This document shows positions 17,880 to 27,487 of a stretch of 64,000 nucleotides of DNA, piece after piece; position 1 is the first letter of the stretch; every line of letters begins with the position of its first letter. Under the pieces are notes generated by a model that saw nothing but the letters and a program-made list of their open reading frames with translations, had not been told where the DNA came from and ran no database searches. A program made the translations under genes and the position numbers. Source of the stretch: Bacillota bacterium (GTDB lineage: Bacteria > Bacillota > Limnochordia > Darwinibacteriales > Darwinibacteriaceae); contig JAKOTU010000040.1 of assembly GCA_029776155.1 (NCBI GenBank), positions 46,484 to 110,483 on the forward strand, written 5' to 3'.

Positions 17880-19496
17880 ATGACTTCAGGTGTGCAGGTG
17901 GTAGTCCAGCTTTTTGGCGGTTTGGGCATCTTTTTCTTGGGGATGCACTTGATGTCCGATGGCCTGCAAAAGGCCGCGGGCGAGCGCATGCGGCGCATTT
18001 TGGAGCTGTTCACTTCACGGCCCCTCAAGGCTGTGTTAACAGGAGCGGGAGTTACGGCCGTACTTCAGTCCAGTTCCACGGTCACGGTCATGATTGTTGG
18101 TTTTGTCAACTCGGGATTGATGAACCTGACCCAAGCCCTGGGAACCATCATGGGGGCCAACATCGGTACCACCATCACCGCGCAGATCGTTTCCTTTAAC
18201 ATCTACTCCTTGGCCCTGCCCTTCATCGGTTTGGGCGCGCTCCTTTACTTCTTCACCCAAAAGAAGCTGCCCCGTTACGGGGGGAAAAGCACCTTGGGGT
18301 TTGGACTTCTGCTCCTGGGCCTTTCCACCATGAGCGGCGCCGTGGATCCCCTCAAGACCTATCAGCCCTTTTTGGACCTGCTGGTGCTGTTAGGCAGGCG
18401 CCCTTTGTTGGGTGTTCTCGCCGGTGCGGTGTTCACCGCCATTGTTCAAAGCTCCAGCGCCACCACCGGTCTGGCCATCGCCCTGGCATGGCAGGGAATA
18501 ATCGATCTGCCAGCGGGTCTAGCAATTGCCGTGGGCGCCAATATCGGTACCTGCGTCACCGCCCTGCTGGCTTCGGTAACCGCTGGGACTGCGGCCCGCC
18601 GGGCTGGTATCGGGCATCTACTTTTCAACGTGTTAGGTACCATTATGTTCATGGTGCTGCGGATTCCCTTCACGAATCTAGTGGAGCTCACTGGTACTAC
18701 AGTACCCAGACAGCTAGCCAATGCCCATACGCTGTTTAACGTGGGTACCACCCTAATTCTCTTCCCGTTCTTCCCCTTTTTTGTGAAGCTTGTCACCTCC
18801 CTGGTGCCGGGTGAAGATGAACTGATTGACCTGAAACCCATGTATCTAGATGAGCGCATGATTGGCACTCCAGGCGCTCTTCTGGCAGCCCAGAAGGAAG
18901 TTCTGCGCATGACCAGACTCTCTACGGACATGGTGGACCAGGCGGTGGCGGCTTTTAAAAATGGGGATGTGGCCCAACTGCGCCAGCTTGAACAGCGGGA
19001 AGAAGTGGTGAACACCTTGGAGAAAGCCATCACCGCTTACTTGGCCAAAGCAAATCAGGAGTCGATGAACGTGGAACAGGCCAGGCGGGTGATCAACCTC
19101 ATGCACATTGTGAACGATGTGGAGAGGATTGGGGACCACGCGGTGAACATCGCGGAGCTGGCCCAAATACGCGCAGGCGAGAACCTGGAGCTGAGCGAGA
19201 CCGCGGTGAAAGACTTAGAGCAGATGCATGGTGAAGTGATGCGCATGTGCCGCGGCGTGCTTGAGGCTTTGGAACAGGATAATCCGCGCCAGGCTGAGGA
19301 TATAATTGTTTTAGATGATGTAGTGGATGACCTGGAGAAGATCTACCGGGCCAATCACATTCAACGGCTCAATTTAGGTGTGTGCGATCCCGAAATTGGA
19401 GTGCTGTTCTTAGATGCCTTGAGCAACTTGGAGCGTGTGGCTGACCATGCCACCAACATCGCCGAGGCCGTGGCCGACATTGCCTTTGCAAAATAG
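17880..19496 (+). CDS. Na+/phosphate cotransporter with PhoU domains
   Basis: Two QSSS / GANIGT repeats; C-terminal ERIGDHA / ERVADHA PhoU repeats. Confidence 0.93.
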   Translation: MTSGVQVVVQLFGGLGIFFLGMHLMSDGLQKAAGERMRRILELFTSRPLKAVLTGAGVTAVLQSSSTVTVMIVGFVNSGLMNLTQALGTIMGANIGTTITAQIVSFNIYSLALPFIGLGALLYFFTQKKLPRYGGKSTLGFGLLLLGLSTMSGAVDPLKTYQPFLDLLVLLGRRPLLGVLAGAVFTAIVQSSSATTGLAIALAWQGIIDLPAGLAIAVGANIGTCVTALLASVTAGTAARRAGIGHLLFNVLGTIMFMVLRIPFTNLVELTGTTVPRQLANAHTLFNVGTTLILFPFFPFFVKLVTSLVPGEDELIDLKPMYLDERMIGTPGALLAAQKEVLRMTRLSTDMVDQAVAAFKNGDVAQLRQLEQREEVVNTLEKAITAYLAKANQESMNVEQARRVINLMHIVNDVERIGDHAVNIAELAQIRAGENLELSETAVKDLEQMHGEVMRMCRGVLEALEQDNPRQAEDIIVLDDVVDDLEKIYRANHIQRLNLGVCDPEIGVLFLDALSNLERVADHATNIAEAVADIAFAK

Positions 19497-19571
19497 GGCA
19501 GCGGTCAGGGATGGGCAAAGCAGGGCGAATTCTTTAGACGGTCCCATTTACTAAGAGGGAGGACTAGGCAG

Positions 19572-19829
19572 ATGGAAGCATCCGATCAAACGAGAATGTA
19601 TACTGCCATAGACAAAGAACAGGTAGATACGCGAGACATCCTAACCCGGGTTTGGGCTGCATTGGAAGAAAAGGGCTATGAGCCCCTGGATCAAATCGTG
19701 GGCTATTTGGTTTCCGGCGACCCGTCGTACATTACGGCCCACGGTGATGCACGCCGCCTTATACAAAACCTGGAACGTACCGATCTGCTGGAAGAGATCG
19801 TAGCTGATTACTTCAAGAACTTGGCTTAA
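19572..19829 (+). CDS. IreB/ReoM-family (UPF0297) regulatory protein
   Basis: ALEEKGY-P--QIVGYL-SGDP-YIT signature. Confidence 0.92.
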   Translation: MEASDQTRMYTAIDKEQVDTRDILTRVWAALEEKGYEPLDQIVGYLVSGDPSYITAHGDARRLIQNLERTDLLEEIVADYFKNLA

Positions 19830-19841
19830 GGAGGGGTTTGA

Positions 19842-21125
19842 GTGTCGCGCTTAATCATTGAAGGTGGTAGACCCCTCCGCGGAGCGGTGGACATCAGCGG
19901 GGCCAAGAACAGTGCCCTGGCTATAATAGTGGCTGCGGCTTTGGCTACGGAGGGAGAGTCTGTCTTAGAAAACATTCCCCAGGGTAGTGATGTAACCACG
20001 ATCTGCCAGATTCTCCAAGATCTGGGGGTGGAGATCTGGTACGATGGGGAGCGGCGCCTGCATGTGCGGGGCCAGACTTTGAGCAAACACCAAGCGTCCT
20101 ACGAGCTCGTACGCAGAATGCGGGCTTCTTTCTACAGCGCCGGCCTGCTCTTGGCCCGCTTGGGCAAGGCGGAAGTGCCCCTGCCCGGCGGGTGCGCCAT
20201 CGGTTCGCGTCCAGTGGATTACCATATCAAAGGGTTTCAGCAGCTGGGAGCGGAAGTGGTGATCGAGCACGGCTATATGAAAGCGGAGGCCGCCAAGCTG
20301 AAAGGTGCCCATATCTACATAAACCGCTCCAGCGTAGGCACCACCATCAACTTGATGATTGCCGCCTCTTTGGCCGAGGGAACCACGGTACTGGAGAACG
20401 CGGCCAAAGAGCCTGAGGTTGTGGACCTGGCTATTTTCCTCAACGGCATGGGAGCTAAGGTGCGGGGGGCAGGTACGGACAGCATCCGCATTGATGGTGT
20501 GGAAAAGCTGCGGGGCATCGAGTATTCCATTATCCCGGATCGCATCGAGGCCGGCACTTTTATGCTGGCCGCGGCCATCACCGGCGGTGATGTTGTACTC
20601 AGGAACGTTGTGGCTGAACACCTGAGGGTGCCCATTGTGAAGATGGAAGAGGCCGGCGTGCAAGTTATCCGCAGCGGTACAGAATTGCGGGTGGTTGCTC
20701 CCAAACGTCTCAAATCGGTGGATGTGGAAACCCTGCCCTATCCCGGTTTCCCCACAGATCTGCAGCAGCCTTTTGTGGCCGCCATGTGCCTGGCCGATGG
20801 CACCAGTGTGGTGCGGGAGACCATCTTCGACCGCTTTCGTTATGTAGATGAGCTGCGCAGGATGGGGGCGGATATCAAGACGGAGCAGAATACGGCCATC
20901 GTGCGCGGCGTTCCGCAACTCACGGGTGCTCCCGTGGAGATCACGGATCTGCGGGCAGGTGCGGCATTGGCCCTGGCCGCCCTGGCTGCCCAGGGCCGTA
21001 CCGAGCTGTACGGAGTTGAGATCATCGACCGGGGTTACGAGTTTTTCGAGGAGAAACTGCGCCTGCTTGGGGCCAATATCTACAGAGAGCAGCTCACCTC
21101 CCCACATGAACTGGCAACTAGATAG
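19842..21125 (+). CDS. murA: UDP-N-acetylglucosamine 1-carboxyvinyltransferase
   Basis: SGAKN, MRAS, LPGGCAIGSRP, PGFPTDLQ, DLRAGA. Confidence 0.96.
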   Translation: MSRLIIEGGRPLRGAVDISGAKNSALAIIVAAALATEGESVLENIPQGSDVTTICQILQDLGVEIWYDGERRLHVRGQTLSKHQASYELVRRMRASFYSAGLLLARLGKAEVPLPGGCAIGSRPVDYHIKGFQQLGAEVVIEHGYMKAEAAKLKGAHIYINRSSVGTTINLMIAASLAEGTTVLENAAKEPEVVDLAIFLNGMGAKVRGAGTDSIRIDGVEKLRGIEYSIIPDRIEAGTFMLAAAITGGDVVLRNVVAEHLRVPIVKMEEAGVQVIRSGTELRVVAPKRLKSVDVETLPYPGFPTDLQQPFVAAMCLADGTSVVRETIFDRFRYVDELRRMGADIKTEQNTAIVRGVPQLTGAPVEITDLRAGAALALAALAAQGRTELYGVEIIDRGYEFFEEKLRLLGANIYREQLTSPHELATR

Positions 21126-21133
21126 TTGAGCCG

Positions 21134-21154
21134 AGGGCCGCAAGGCCCTTTTTT
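21134..21154 (+). terminator. intrinsic terminator after murA
   Basis: AGGGCC-gcaa-GGCCCT+T5. Confidence 0.8.
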
Positions 21155-21165
21155 CTCCTTGCCGT

Positions 21166-21192
21166 ACAGGATTTTCGGAAGAGTAACCGAAG
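21166..21192 (+). promoter_or_regulatory. sigma-H-type promoter upstream of dnaE
   Basis: ACAGGA-TTT...(17 nt)-GAAG. Confidence 0.5.
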
Positions 21193-21220
21193 ATTGGAAC
21201 TGAAACGGGGGGTGAGTTGG

Positions 21221-24136
21221 TTGGCTGTGCAGCTGTATACCCACAGCGACTTTTCTCTGCTCGAGTCAGTGCTCACTGTGGAACAACTGGTTAAGCAGGC
21301 TGCTCGCCTGGGTTTCAGTGCGCTGGCCCTCACCGACCACAACAACACAGGAGGCCACTGGGAGTTTCAGCGCCACTGCCGCGCTGCGGACATCAAACCC
21401 ATCTTTGGAGTGGAGTTGGATGTGCGTTTCGGGAACAGGTCCAAGACGCGGCAGCTTGTGTTTTTGGCCTTGGATAATGCCGGATACGGCAACCTTTTGC
21501 GTCTGGCTTCCCTTTCCTCCCCAGTTTCCTGGGATGTCCTTCCCCAGTTCAAAGGAGGGCTGGCCCTCTTGGAAGGGGGCAGCACGGGGCAGCTCACGGC
21601 ACTGGTGGCCGAAGGGAGGATCGCAGAGGCCCAGGAGCTGCACAGGTGGTATACCGGGCAGTTTGGGGAGGACTACTTCCTCCGCCTGGAAGCTGGCGGG
21701 GAAGGAGTGCTGCAGCGTGTGTTCCCTGGCGCACCCTTTGTCCTCTGCCAGGATGTGCGCTATCTGCAACCTGGGGCAGCAGATGCCCTGCGGGTTTTGG
21801 CATCCCTGAAAGGGACGGATCCGTGCATCCCTCCTTATCCCATGCTCGATTGGGAAGAGCTCTGCCGGAGGGCAGGAGCTTCTGCAGAGCTGGTGGAGCG
21901 CACTTTGGGGTTGGCGGAACGGTGCCGGGTGCAGCTGCCTAAAGAGCAGGGCTTTCCCCCAGTGGACGGCCCGAGTCTGGAGGAGCTGGCCTGGCAGGGG
22001 GCTCGGAAGCGCTTCGGCCAGATCACCCCTGAGGTGAGGGCTCGCCTGGACTATGAGCTCGCAGTAATCACCGAGCTCGGCTTTGCCGACTATTTCCTTA
22101 TAGTGGCAGATCTGGTGCGCTTCGCCAAAGCGTCGGGAATCCCAGTGGGACCGGGGCGGGGCAGTGCCGCCGGAAGCCTGACTGCCTATGTCCTTGGGAT
22201 CACAGAAGTAAACCCGCTGGAGTGGGGCCTGGTGTTTGAGCGTTTCCTCAACCCGGAGCGCCAAAGCAAGCCCGATATTGACGTAGACTTCTGCTATGAA
22301 CGGCGCGCCGAAGTTCTGGCCTATGCAGTGGAGCGTTTTGGGAGGGAGCATGTGGCCCAGATCGGCACCTACGGTACCTTCGGCCCCAAAGGTTCCGCTC
22401 AGGAAGTGCGGCGCATCTTAGGCCGCGAGGATCCCAAGATAGCGGCGGAGCTGCGGCAGCTAAAGCGCAACCGCTCCACCCACGCGGCGGGTATTATCGT
22501 AAGCAGAAGTCCCGTACAAGCCTTCAGCGCGGTGTACAGCGACCGCACCGTACCTGTGACTCATCTGGATATGTATGCCCTGGAGGAACTGGGGGCGCTG
22601 AAGATCGACCTCTTAGGGTTAAAGACCCTTACTCTGCTCCGGGCCATGGAGCAGGAGGTGCAGAAGCGCCAGCCCCGTTTTTCCCGGGAGCAGATCCCCC
22701 TGCAAGATACTAAGACTTTTGAGCTCTTGGGAGAGGGGAAGACCTTGGGGGTATTCCAGCTGGAAAGCGAACTTTTCCAGGATCTTCTAAAGCAGCTCCA
22801 GCCGCAAACCTTTGGGGATCTAGTGGCCCTTTTGGCCCTGGGCAGGCCCGGTCCTTTAAGCATGTTCCGGGAGTTTGTGGCCAGGCGGAAGGATCCCGAA
22901 AGGGTTACCTACCTCCATCCTGAACTAGAGCCCATCCTGGGCGAGACCTACGGACTCATTCTTTACCAGGAACAGGTGATGACCATTGCCCACCGCCTAG
23001 GGGGACTGTCCTTGGGTGAAGCGGACCTTCTGCGCCGGGATCTGGCCCAAGGAAAGGCCGCAAGTGTCGAGCTGTGGCGGAACCGCTTTGTGCAGGGGGC
23101 ACAAAGGAAGGGCCTCAGCAGCCACCTGGCCCAAAAGCTCTTTGCCAGCATAGCCCAGTTCAGCGGATATGCCTTTAACAAAGCCCATTCCGTGAGTTAT
23201 GCCCTGCTTTCTTGGCAGGCTGCCTACTTTAAGGCCCATTATCCCGAGGTGTTTTGCGCCGTGCTGCTCAATGCCGGCGGCAGCGGCAGGGGACAGCGCG
23301 CTCTCCTTGCCGAAGCAAAGTCCCTGGGGGTTGACCTTCTGCCCCCTAGCGTGCTCCACTCCCAGGTGAAAAGCTCCCTGGAGGGCAGGGCTCTGCGGCT
23401 GGGACTTGCCGTTACTCCACAGCTTCCTGCCCACGCGGCCCAGGAAATCGCGGCGCGGCGCGGGAGAAGGCCTTGGGCTAGCCTGGCCCAGCTGAAAGGG
23501 GACTTACAGCTGCCGCCTCCAGTGCTGGAGACCCTCATCCTCATGGGGGCCCTGGATGAGCTGGGCGAGCGCAATCAGCACCTAGCTGAGCTGGGGTTAG
23601 CGCCCCGCACGGGCTTAGAGCTGCTGCACGCGGAGAAGGAACTTTTGGGCATTTATGTTAGTTCCCATCCCTGCAGTCCCTTTTGGCCCCTGGTCGAGAA
23701 GCTCCAGGGAGACCTTGATGCAGTGGTTGGTGAGGTAGTGGACCTAACGGTGCAGGGCAAAACCGTGCAGGTACGCTTAGATACTCCCCAGGGGCCCTTG
23801 GCCCTTAGGGGCAGGGTCAGTCAGTTTGGTTGGAAGCTCAAGCCCGGCTGCCGCGCCGGGGTGTTCGGGCGCCAAGCGGGCGACCTGCTGGAAGTGGAGT
23901 GGGCCCTGCCTTTGGGTCCTACACTTTTGATCACCCCGAAAGCGGAGGATCTTGAACCCCTGAAGGGGATCCTCCATGGTAAGGGGGGCAGTAAGCCGGC
24001 TATCCTCCTTTTAGGCGAGGCTTACCATGTCCTGCCTCCCCAGTATTGGGTGGGCGCGAGCACAGAGGTGAACCGGGCCCTGCAGGCCCAGGGGATTGTG
24101 TACACCTGGTTTGATCCCTGGAAAGAAAATAGTTAG
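21221..24136 (+). CDS. dnaE: DNA polymerase III alpha subunit (compact DnaE)
   Basis: GPGRGSAAGS, FERFLNPER, PDIDVDF, KIDLLGL, YQEQVM, YAFNKAH, EKELLG; TTG start after GGGGTGAG. Confidence 0.93.
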   Translation: MAVQLYTHSDFSLLESVLTVEQLVKQAARLGFSALALTDHNNTGGHWEFQRHCRAADIKPIFGVELDVRFGNRSKTRQLVFLALDNAGYGNLLRLASLSSPVSWDVLPQFKGGLALLEGGSTGQLTALVAEGRIAEAQELHRWYTGQFGEDYFLRLEAGGEGVLQRVFPGAPFVLCQDVRYLQPGAADALRVLASLKGTDPCIPPYPMLDWEELCRRAGASAELVERTLGLAERCRVQLPKEQGFPPVDGPSLEELAWQGARKRFGQITPEVRARLDYELAVITELGFADYFLIVADLVRFAKASGIPVGPGRGSAAGSLTAYVLGITEVNPLEWGLVFERFLNPERQSKPDIDVDFCYERRAEVLAYAVERFGREHVAQIGTYGTFGPKGSAQEVRRILGREDPKIAAELRQLKRNRSTHAAGIIVSRSPVQAFSAVYSDRTVPVTHLDMYALEELGALKIDLLGLKTLTLLRAMEQEVQKRQPRFSREQIPLQDTKTFELLGEGKTLGVFQLESELFQDLLKQLQPQTFGDLVALLALGRPGPLSMFREFVARRKDPERVTYLHPELEPILGETYGLILYQEQVMTIAHRLGGLSLGEADLLRRDLAQGKAASVELWRNRFVQGAQRKGLSSHLAQKLFASIAQFSGYAFNKAHSVSYALLSWQAAYFKAHYPEVFCAVLLNAGGSGRGQRALLAEAKSLGVDLLPPSVLHSQVKSSLEGRALRLGLAVTPQLPAHAAQEIAARRGRRPWASLAQLKGDLQLPPPVLETLILMGALDELGERNQHLAELGLAPRTGLELLHAEKELLGIYVSSHPCSPFWPLVEKLQGDLDAVVGEVVDLTVQGKTVQVRLDTPQGPLALRGRVSQFGWKLKPGCRAGVFGRQAGDLLEVEWALPLGPTLLITPKAEDLEPLKGILHGKGGSKPAILLLGEAYHVLPPQYWVGASTEVNRALQAQGIVYTWFDPWKENS

Positions 24137-24193
24137 CGGCAGGGAACTGCCTGCCCGTTGAGAAAGAATGCAGCGTGTGGGGAGGTGCTGGTT

Positions 24194-24409
24194 GTGAAGA
24201 CAGGAGATGGGTACATCATGGTCCAGGCCCTGGAAGATGGGGTGACCGTTATCGGCCTGACTAGGGGTGCAAGTACCAAGTTCCATCATACTGAGAAGCT
24301 GGATAAGGGCGAGATTCTGCTTGCCCAGTTTACAGAACACACTTCTGCGATTAAAATAAGGGGGAAAGCAAAGGTTTTCACTGACTTGGGCGTAGCGGAG
24401 TCAGAGTGA
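24194..24409 (+). CDS. mtrB: trp RNA-binding attenuation protein TRAP
   Basis: ALEDGVTVIGLTRG..TKFHHTEKLDKGE..AQFTEHTSAIKIRGKA. Confidence 0.96.
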   Translation: MKTGDGYIMVQALEDGVTVIGLTRGASTKFHHTEKLDKGEILLAQFTEHTSAIKIRGKAKVFTDLGVAESE

Positions 24410-24429
24410 GTAAAGGAGGACCGTTGACG

Positions 24430-24627
24430 ATGTGGAAAGTGGTGTACATTGCCCCCAACCGACCCATTGCCGAGATGCTGCAGGGGCTGTTAAGGGACAG
24501 CGGAATCCTAACTATGCTGCGTCCCATTGGTGCACCGCATTTGGGGGATTCCGCGAGCGTGGAAGTATTGGTACCAGAATCGGAGGCCGAAGAGGCCAGT
24601 GAAATCATCGCTGCTTCCTTCAGTTAG
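24430..24627 (+). CDS. DUF2007-like small protein
   Basis: WKVVYIA...AEML--LL---GI...EVLVPESEAEEA; AAAGGAGG RBS. Confidence 0.7.
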   Translation: MWKVVYIAPNRPIAEMLQGLLRDSGILTMLRPIGAPHLGDSASVEVLVPESEAEEASEIIAASFS

Positions 24628-24645
24628 CAGTCAAGGTGGATTTTG

Positions 24646-25473
24646 ATGTTCAACGTTTTGCGGGGCAAGCCCAAGTTCATGACGGTCAAGCAGGTGGAGG
24701 CGCCGGGCAGTCTGTGGACTCGCTGCGATGGCTGCGGCAGAATGGTCTTTTGCAACGAGTTAGAGAAAACCCGTTTTATCTGTCCTGCCTGCGGTTATCA
24801 TTTCAGGATCGGAGCAGCCGAGCGCCTGGCCATGCTGGCCGATGAGGGCAGCTTCACACCCTTTCCTCCTCTCGTTACCGCCAATCCTCTGGACTTTCCC
24901 GGATACGCAGAAAAACTCAAGCAGGCCCAGGAAGAGACGGGCCTAGATGATGCGGTCTTAATTGGAAAGGCCGCGATCCTGGGAGTGCCGTGCGTGCTGG
25001 CCATCATCGATTTCTCCTTCATGGGTGGCAGCATGGGCTCGGTGGTGGGTGAACAGCTGGTGCGAGGTTTTGAACTGGCCCTCCAGGAGCGCCTACCCGT
25101 TGTGGTGGTGTCTGGCGGAGGCGGTGGAGCCCGCATGCAGGAAGGGATTTTCAGCTTAATGCAGATGGCTAAGACAGCGCAAGCGGTGGGCAGGCACAGC
25201 CGGGCCGGCCTGCTGTTTGTTTCCATCTTGACCCATCCCACCATGGGTGGTGTCTATGCCAGCTTCGCCTCCTTGGGCGACATCATCCTGGCCGAACCTG
25301 GGGCGCTGATCGGTTTTGCCGGGCCCAGGATCGTTGAAGAAACGACGCGCCAGAAACTGCCCAGTGGTTTTCAGAGCGCGGAATTTGCCCTGGAGCACGG
25401 CATGATCGATGCCATTGTACCCCGGCCCGAGCTCACCGCATATGTGGGCCGGCTCCTGGCATGGCACAGGTAG
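24646..25473 (+). CDS. accD: acetyl-CoA carboxylase carboxyltransferase beta subunit
   Basis: N-terminal Zn finger; FMGGSMGSVVGE, GARMQEG, IGFAGPR. Confidence 0.95.
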   Translation: MFNVLRGKPKFMTVKQVEAPGSLWTRCDGCGRMVFCNELEKTRFICPACGYHFRIGAAERLAMLADEGSFTPFPPLVTANPLDFPGYAEKLKQAQEETGLDDAVLIGKAAILGVPCVLAIIDFSFMGGSMGSVVGEQLVRGFELALQERLPVVVVSGGGGGARMQEGIFSLMQMAKTAQAVGRHSRAGLLFVSILTHPTMGGVYASFASLGDIILAEPGALIGFAGPRIVEETTRQKLPSGFQSAEFALEHGMIDAIVPRPELTAYVGRLLAWHR

Positions 25474-26451
25474 GTGAGTAGGATGCAGGCCTTTGAGTGG
25501 GAAAAGCCCTTGGTGGAGCTGGAAGAGCGCATCAAAGAGCTGAAGCAATTCTGCGCCCGGACCCGGATGGATTTCAGTGAGGAGCTGGCCACTCTGGAGC
25601 GCAAGGCTTGGGCGCTGCGCCGGGAGATCTATGCCAACCTCACACCCTACCAGCGGGTGCTCATGGCCAGGCATCCCAAGCGTCCTACCACGTTAGATTA
25701 CATCCGCCTTGTCTTCGAAGATTTTGTGGAGCTCCACGGGGATCGGACCTTTCGCGACGATGGGGCTATTGTGGGCGGCCTAGCCCTATTCGAGGGTCAG
25801 CCGGTAACGGTAATTGGCCCCCAAAAGGGCAGGGATACCAAGGAAAACCTAGCCAGGAACTTCGGCTTGCCCCATCCCGAGGGCTACCGCAAGGCCCTGC
25901 GTTTGATGAAGCAGGCGGAGAAGTTTGGCCGGCCCATTGTTACCTTCATTGACCTGGTGGGTGCCTATCCGGGCATAGAGGCTGAAGAGCGGGGGCAGGG
26001 CCTGGTGATTGCGGAGTGCATCGAGGCCATGTCTTTCCTCCAGACCCCTATTGTCGCCGTTATTACAGGCGAAGGAGGTTCAGGGGGAGCGCTGGCTTTG
26101 GGCGTGGCTGACCGCATTTTGATGTTGGAGAACGCCTGGTATTCAGTGATCTCCCCTGAGATGTGTGCCGCCATCCTCTGGCGGGATCCGGCCCGGGCCC
26201 CAGAGGCGGCGGAGGTCTTGCGCTTAACCCCCACGGATCTGTTGAAGTTTGGTATTATAGATGATGTGATTACCGAGCCTTTGGGGGGAGCTCACCGGGA
26301 TCATGCTTTTACGGGCCTGCAGGTGCGGGCCTTTCTCCGGCGCTATCTGGCGGTGGTGAAGAGAATACCAGTCGAGCAGTTAGTGGAGGAAAGGCTGGCT
26401 CGATTTCGCCGCGTGGGCCAGTTTCAGGAACAGCGGCTGTCCGAAATCTGA
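25474..26451 (+). CDS. accA: acetyl-CoA carboxylase carboxyltransferase alpha subunit
   Basis: ELHGDR, PEGYRKA, AEERGQ, GEGGSGGAL. Confidence 0.95.
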   Translation: MSRMQAFEWEKPLVELEERIKELKQFCARTRMDFSEELATLERKAWALRREIYANLTPYQRVLMARHPKRPTTLDYIRLVFEDFVELHGDRTFRDDGAIVGGLALFEGQPVTVIGPQKGRDTKENLARNFGLPHPEGYRKALRLMKQAEKFGRPIVTFIDLVGAYPGIEAEERGQGLVIAECIEAMSFLQTPIVAVITGEGGSGGALALGVADRILMLENAWYSVISPEMCAAILWRDPARAPEAAEVLRLTPTDLLKFGIIDDVITEPLGGAHRDHAFTGLQVRAFLRRYLAVVKRIPVEQLVEERLARFRRVGQFQEQRLSEI

Positions 26452-26472
26452 ACTAAGAAAGCGGGATGTGCA

Positions 26473-27468
26473 GTGGTACGAAGAGTGGGAATCCTAACCA
26501 GCGGCGGCGATGCCCCAGGCATGAACGCTGCCATCAGAACCGCAGTGCGCACGGCATTGCACTACAACTTGGAGCCTTGGGCCATCTACCGCGGCTACCA
26601 CGGTCTGATTCATGGGGAACTCGAGCCCATGGGCAGTAGGGACGTTTCCGGAATTATCCAGCGGGGAGGCACGGTGCTGAAAAGCGCCCGTTCCGAAGAG
26701 TTCATGACCCCGGAAGGGCGTGACCGGGCAGTGGACATGCTGCGCCAGCACGACATTGATTCCCTGGTGGTTATTGGCGGAGACGGGTCTTTCCGCGGGG
26801 CCCTGAGCCTGCAGGAACAGGGAGTCAATGTGGTGTGCATTCCAGCCACCATCGACAACGATATCCCCTGCACAGATTACTCCATCGGCTTTGATACCGC
26901 GGTGAATACGGTGATGGATGCGGTGAACAAGATTCGAGACACAGCCAGCAGCCATGACCGGGTGTATTTGGTGGAAGTGATGGGTAGGCACTCTGGGTAC
27001 ATAGCCCTTTACTCAGGTCTGGCCTGTGGTGCAGATGTGATCTTGATCCCAGAGGTTCCCTACAATCTGGACGATGTATGTGAGAAGCTCCGTCAGGCAG
27101 CAAAGCTGGATAAGACCTACAACATAATCGTAGTGGCCGAAGGAGTGCGGCGCCTGGATGATAGTGATGGGAGCGCCAGCCCGGCCATGCAGATCGGCCG
27201 TTATATAGCCAACCAGGTGGGCTTGGAGACCCGGATCACCATCTTAGGCCACATTCAAAGGGGAGGGGATCCCACGGTGCGGGACCGCCTCCTGGCCAGC
27301 CGTTTGGCCTATCATGCCGTTGAGCTGGTGGCCCGCGGTCGAGGCGGCAAGATGCTGGGCGAGGTGAACCAGCAGATCACCTCCTTTGACCTAGCCTATG
27401 CTTTAGCCCAAGAGAAACAGCTTAATATGGACTACTACCGCCTATACAACATCCTGTCATCCATCTAG
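26473..27468 (+). CDS. pfkA: 6-phosphofructokinase
   Basis: TSGGDAPGMN, GGDGS, TIDND, EVMGR, LGHIQRGG. Confidence 0.96.
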   Translation: MVRRVGILTSGGDAPGMNAAIRTAVRTALHYNLEPWAIYRGYHGLIHGELEPMGSRDVSGIIQRGGTVLKSARSEEFMTPEGRDRAVDMLRQHDIDSLVVIGGDGSFRGALSLQEQGVNVVCIPATIDNDIPCTDYSIGFDTAVNTVMDAVNKIRDTASSHDRVYLVEVMGRHSGYIALYSGLACGADVILIPEVPYNLDDVCEKLRQAAKLDKTYNIIVVAEGVRRLDDSDGSASPAMQIGRYIANQVGLETRITILGHIQRGGDPTVRDRLLASRLAYHAVELVARGRGGKMLGEVNQQITSFDLAYALAQEKQLNMDYYRLYNILSSI

Positions 27469-27487
27469 GCGAAGAGGAGGTTCAGCC

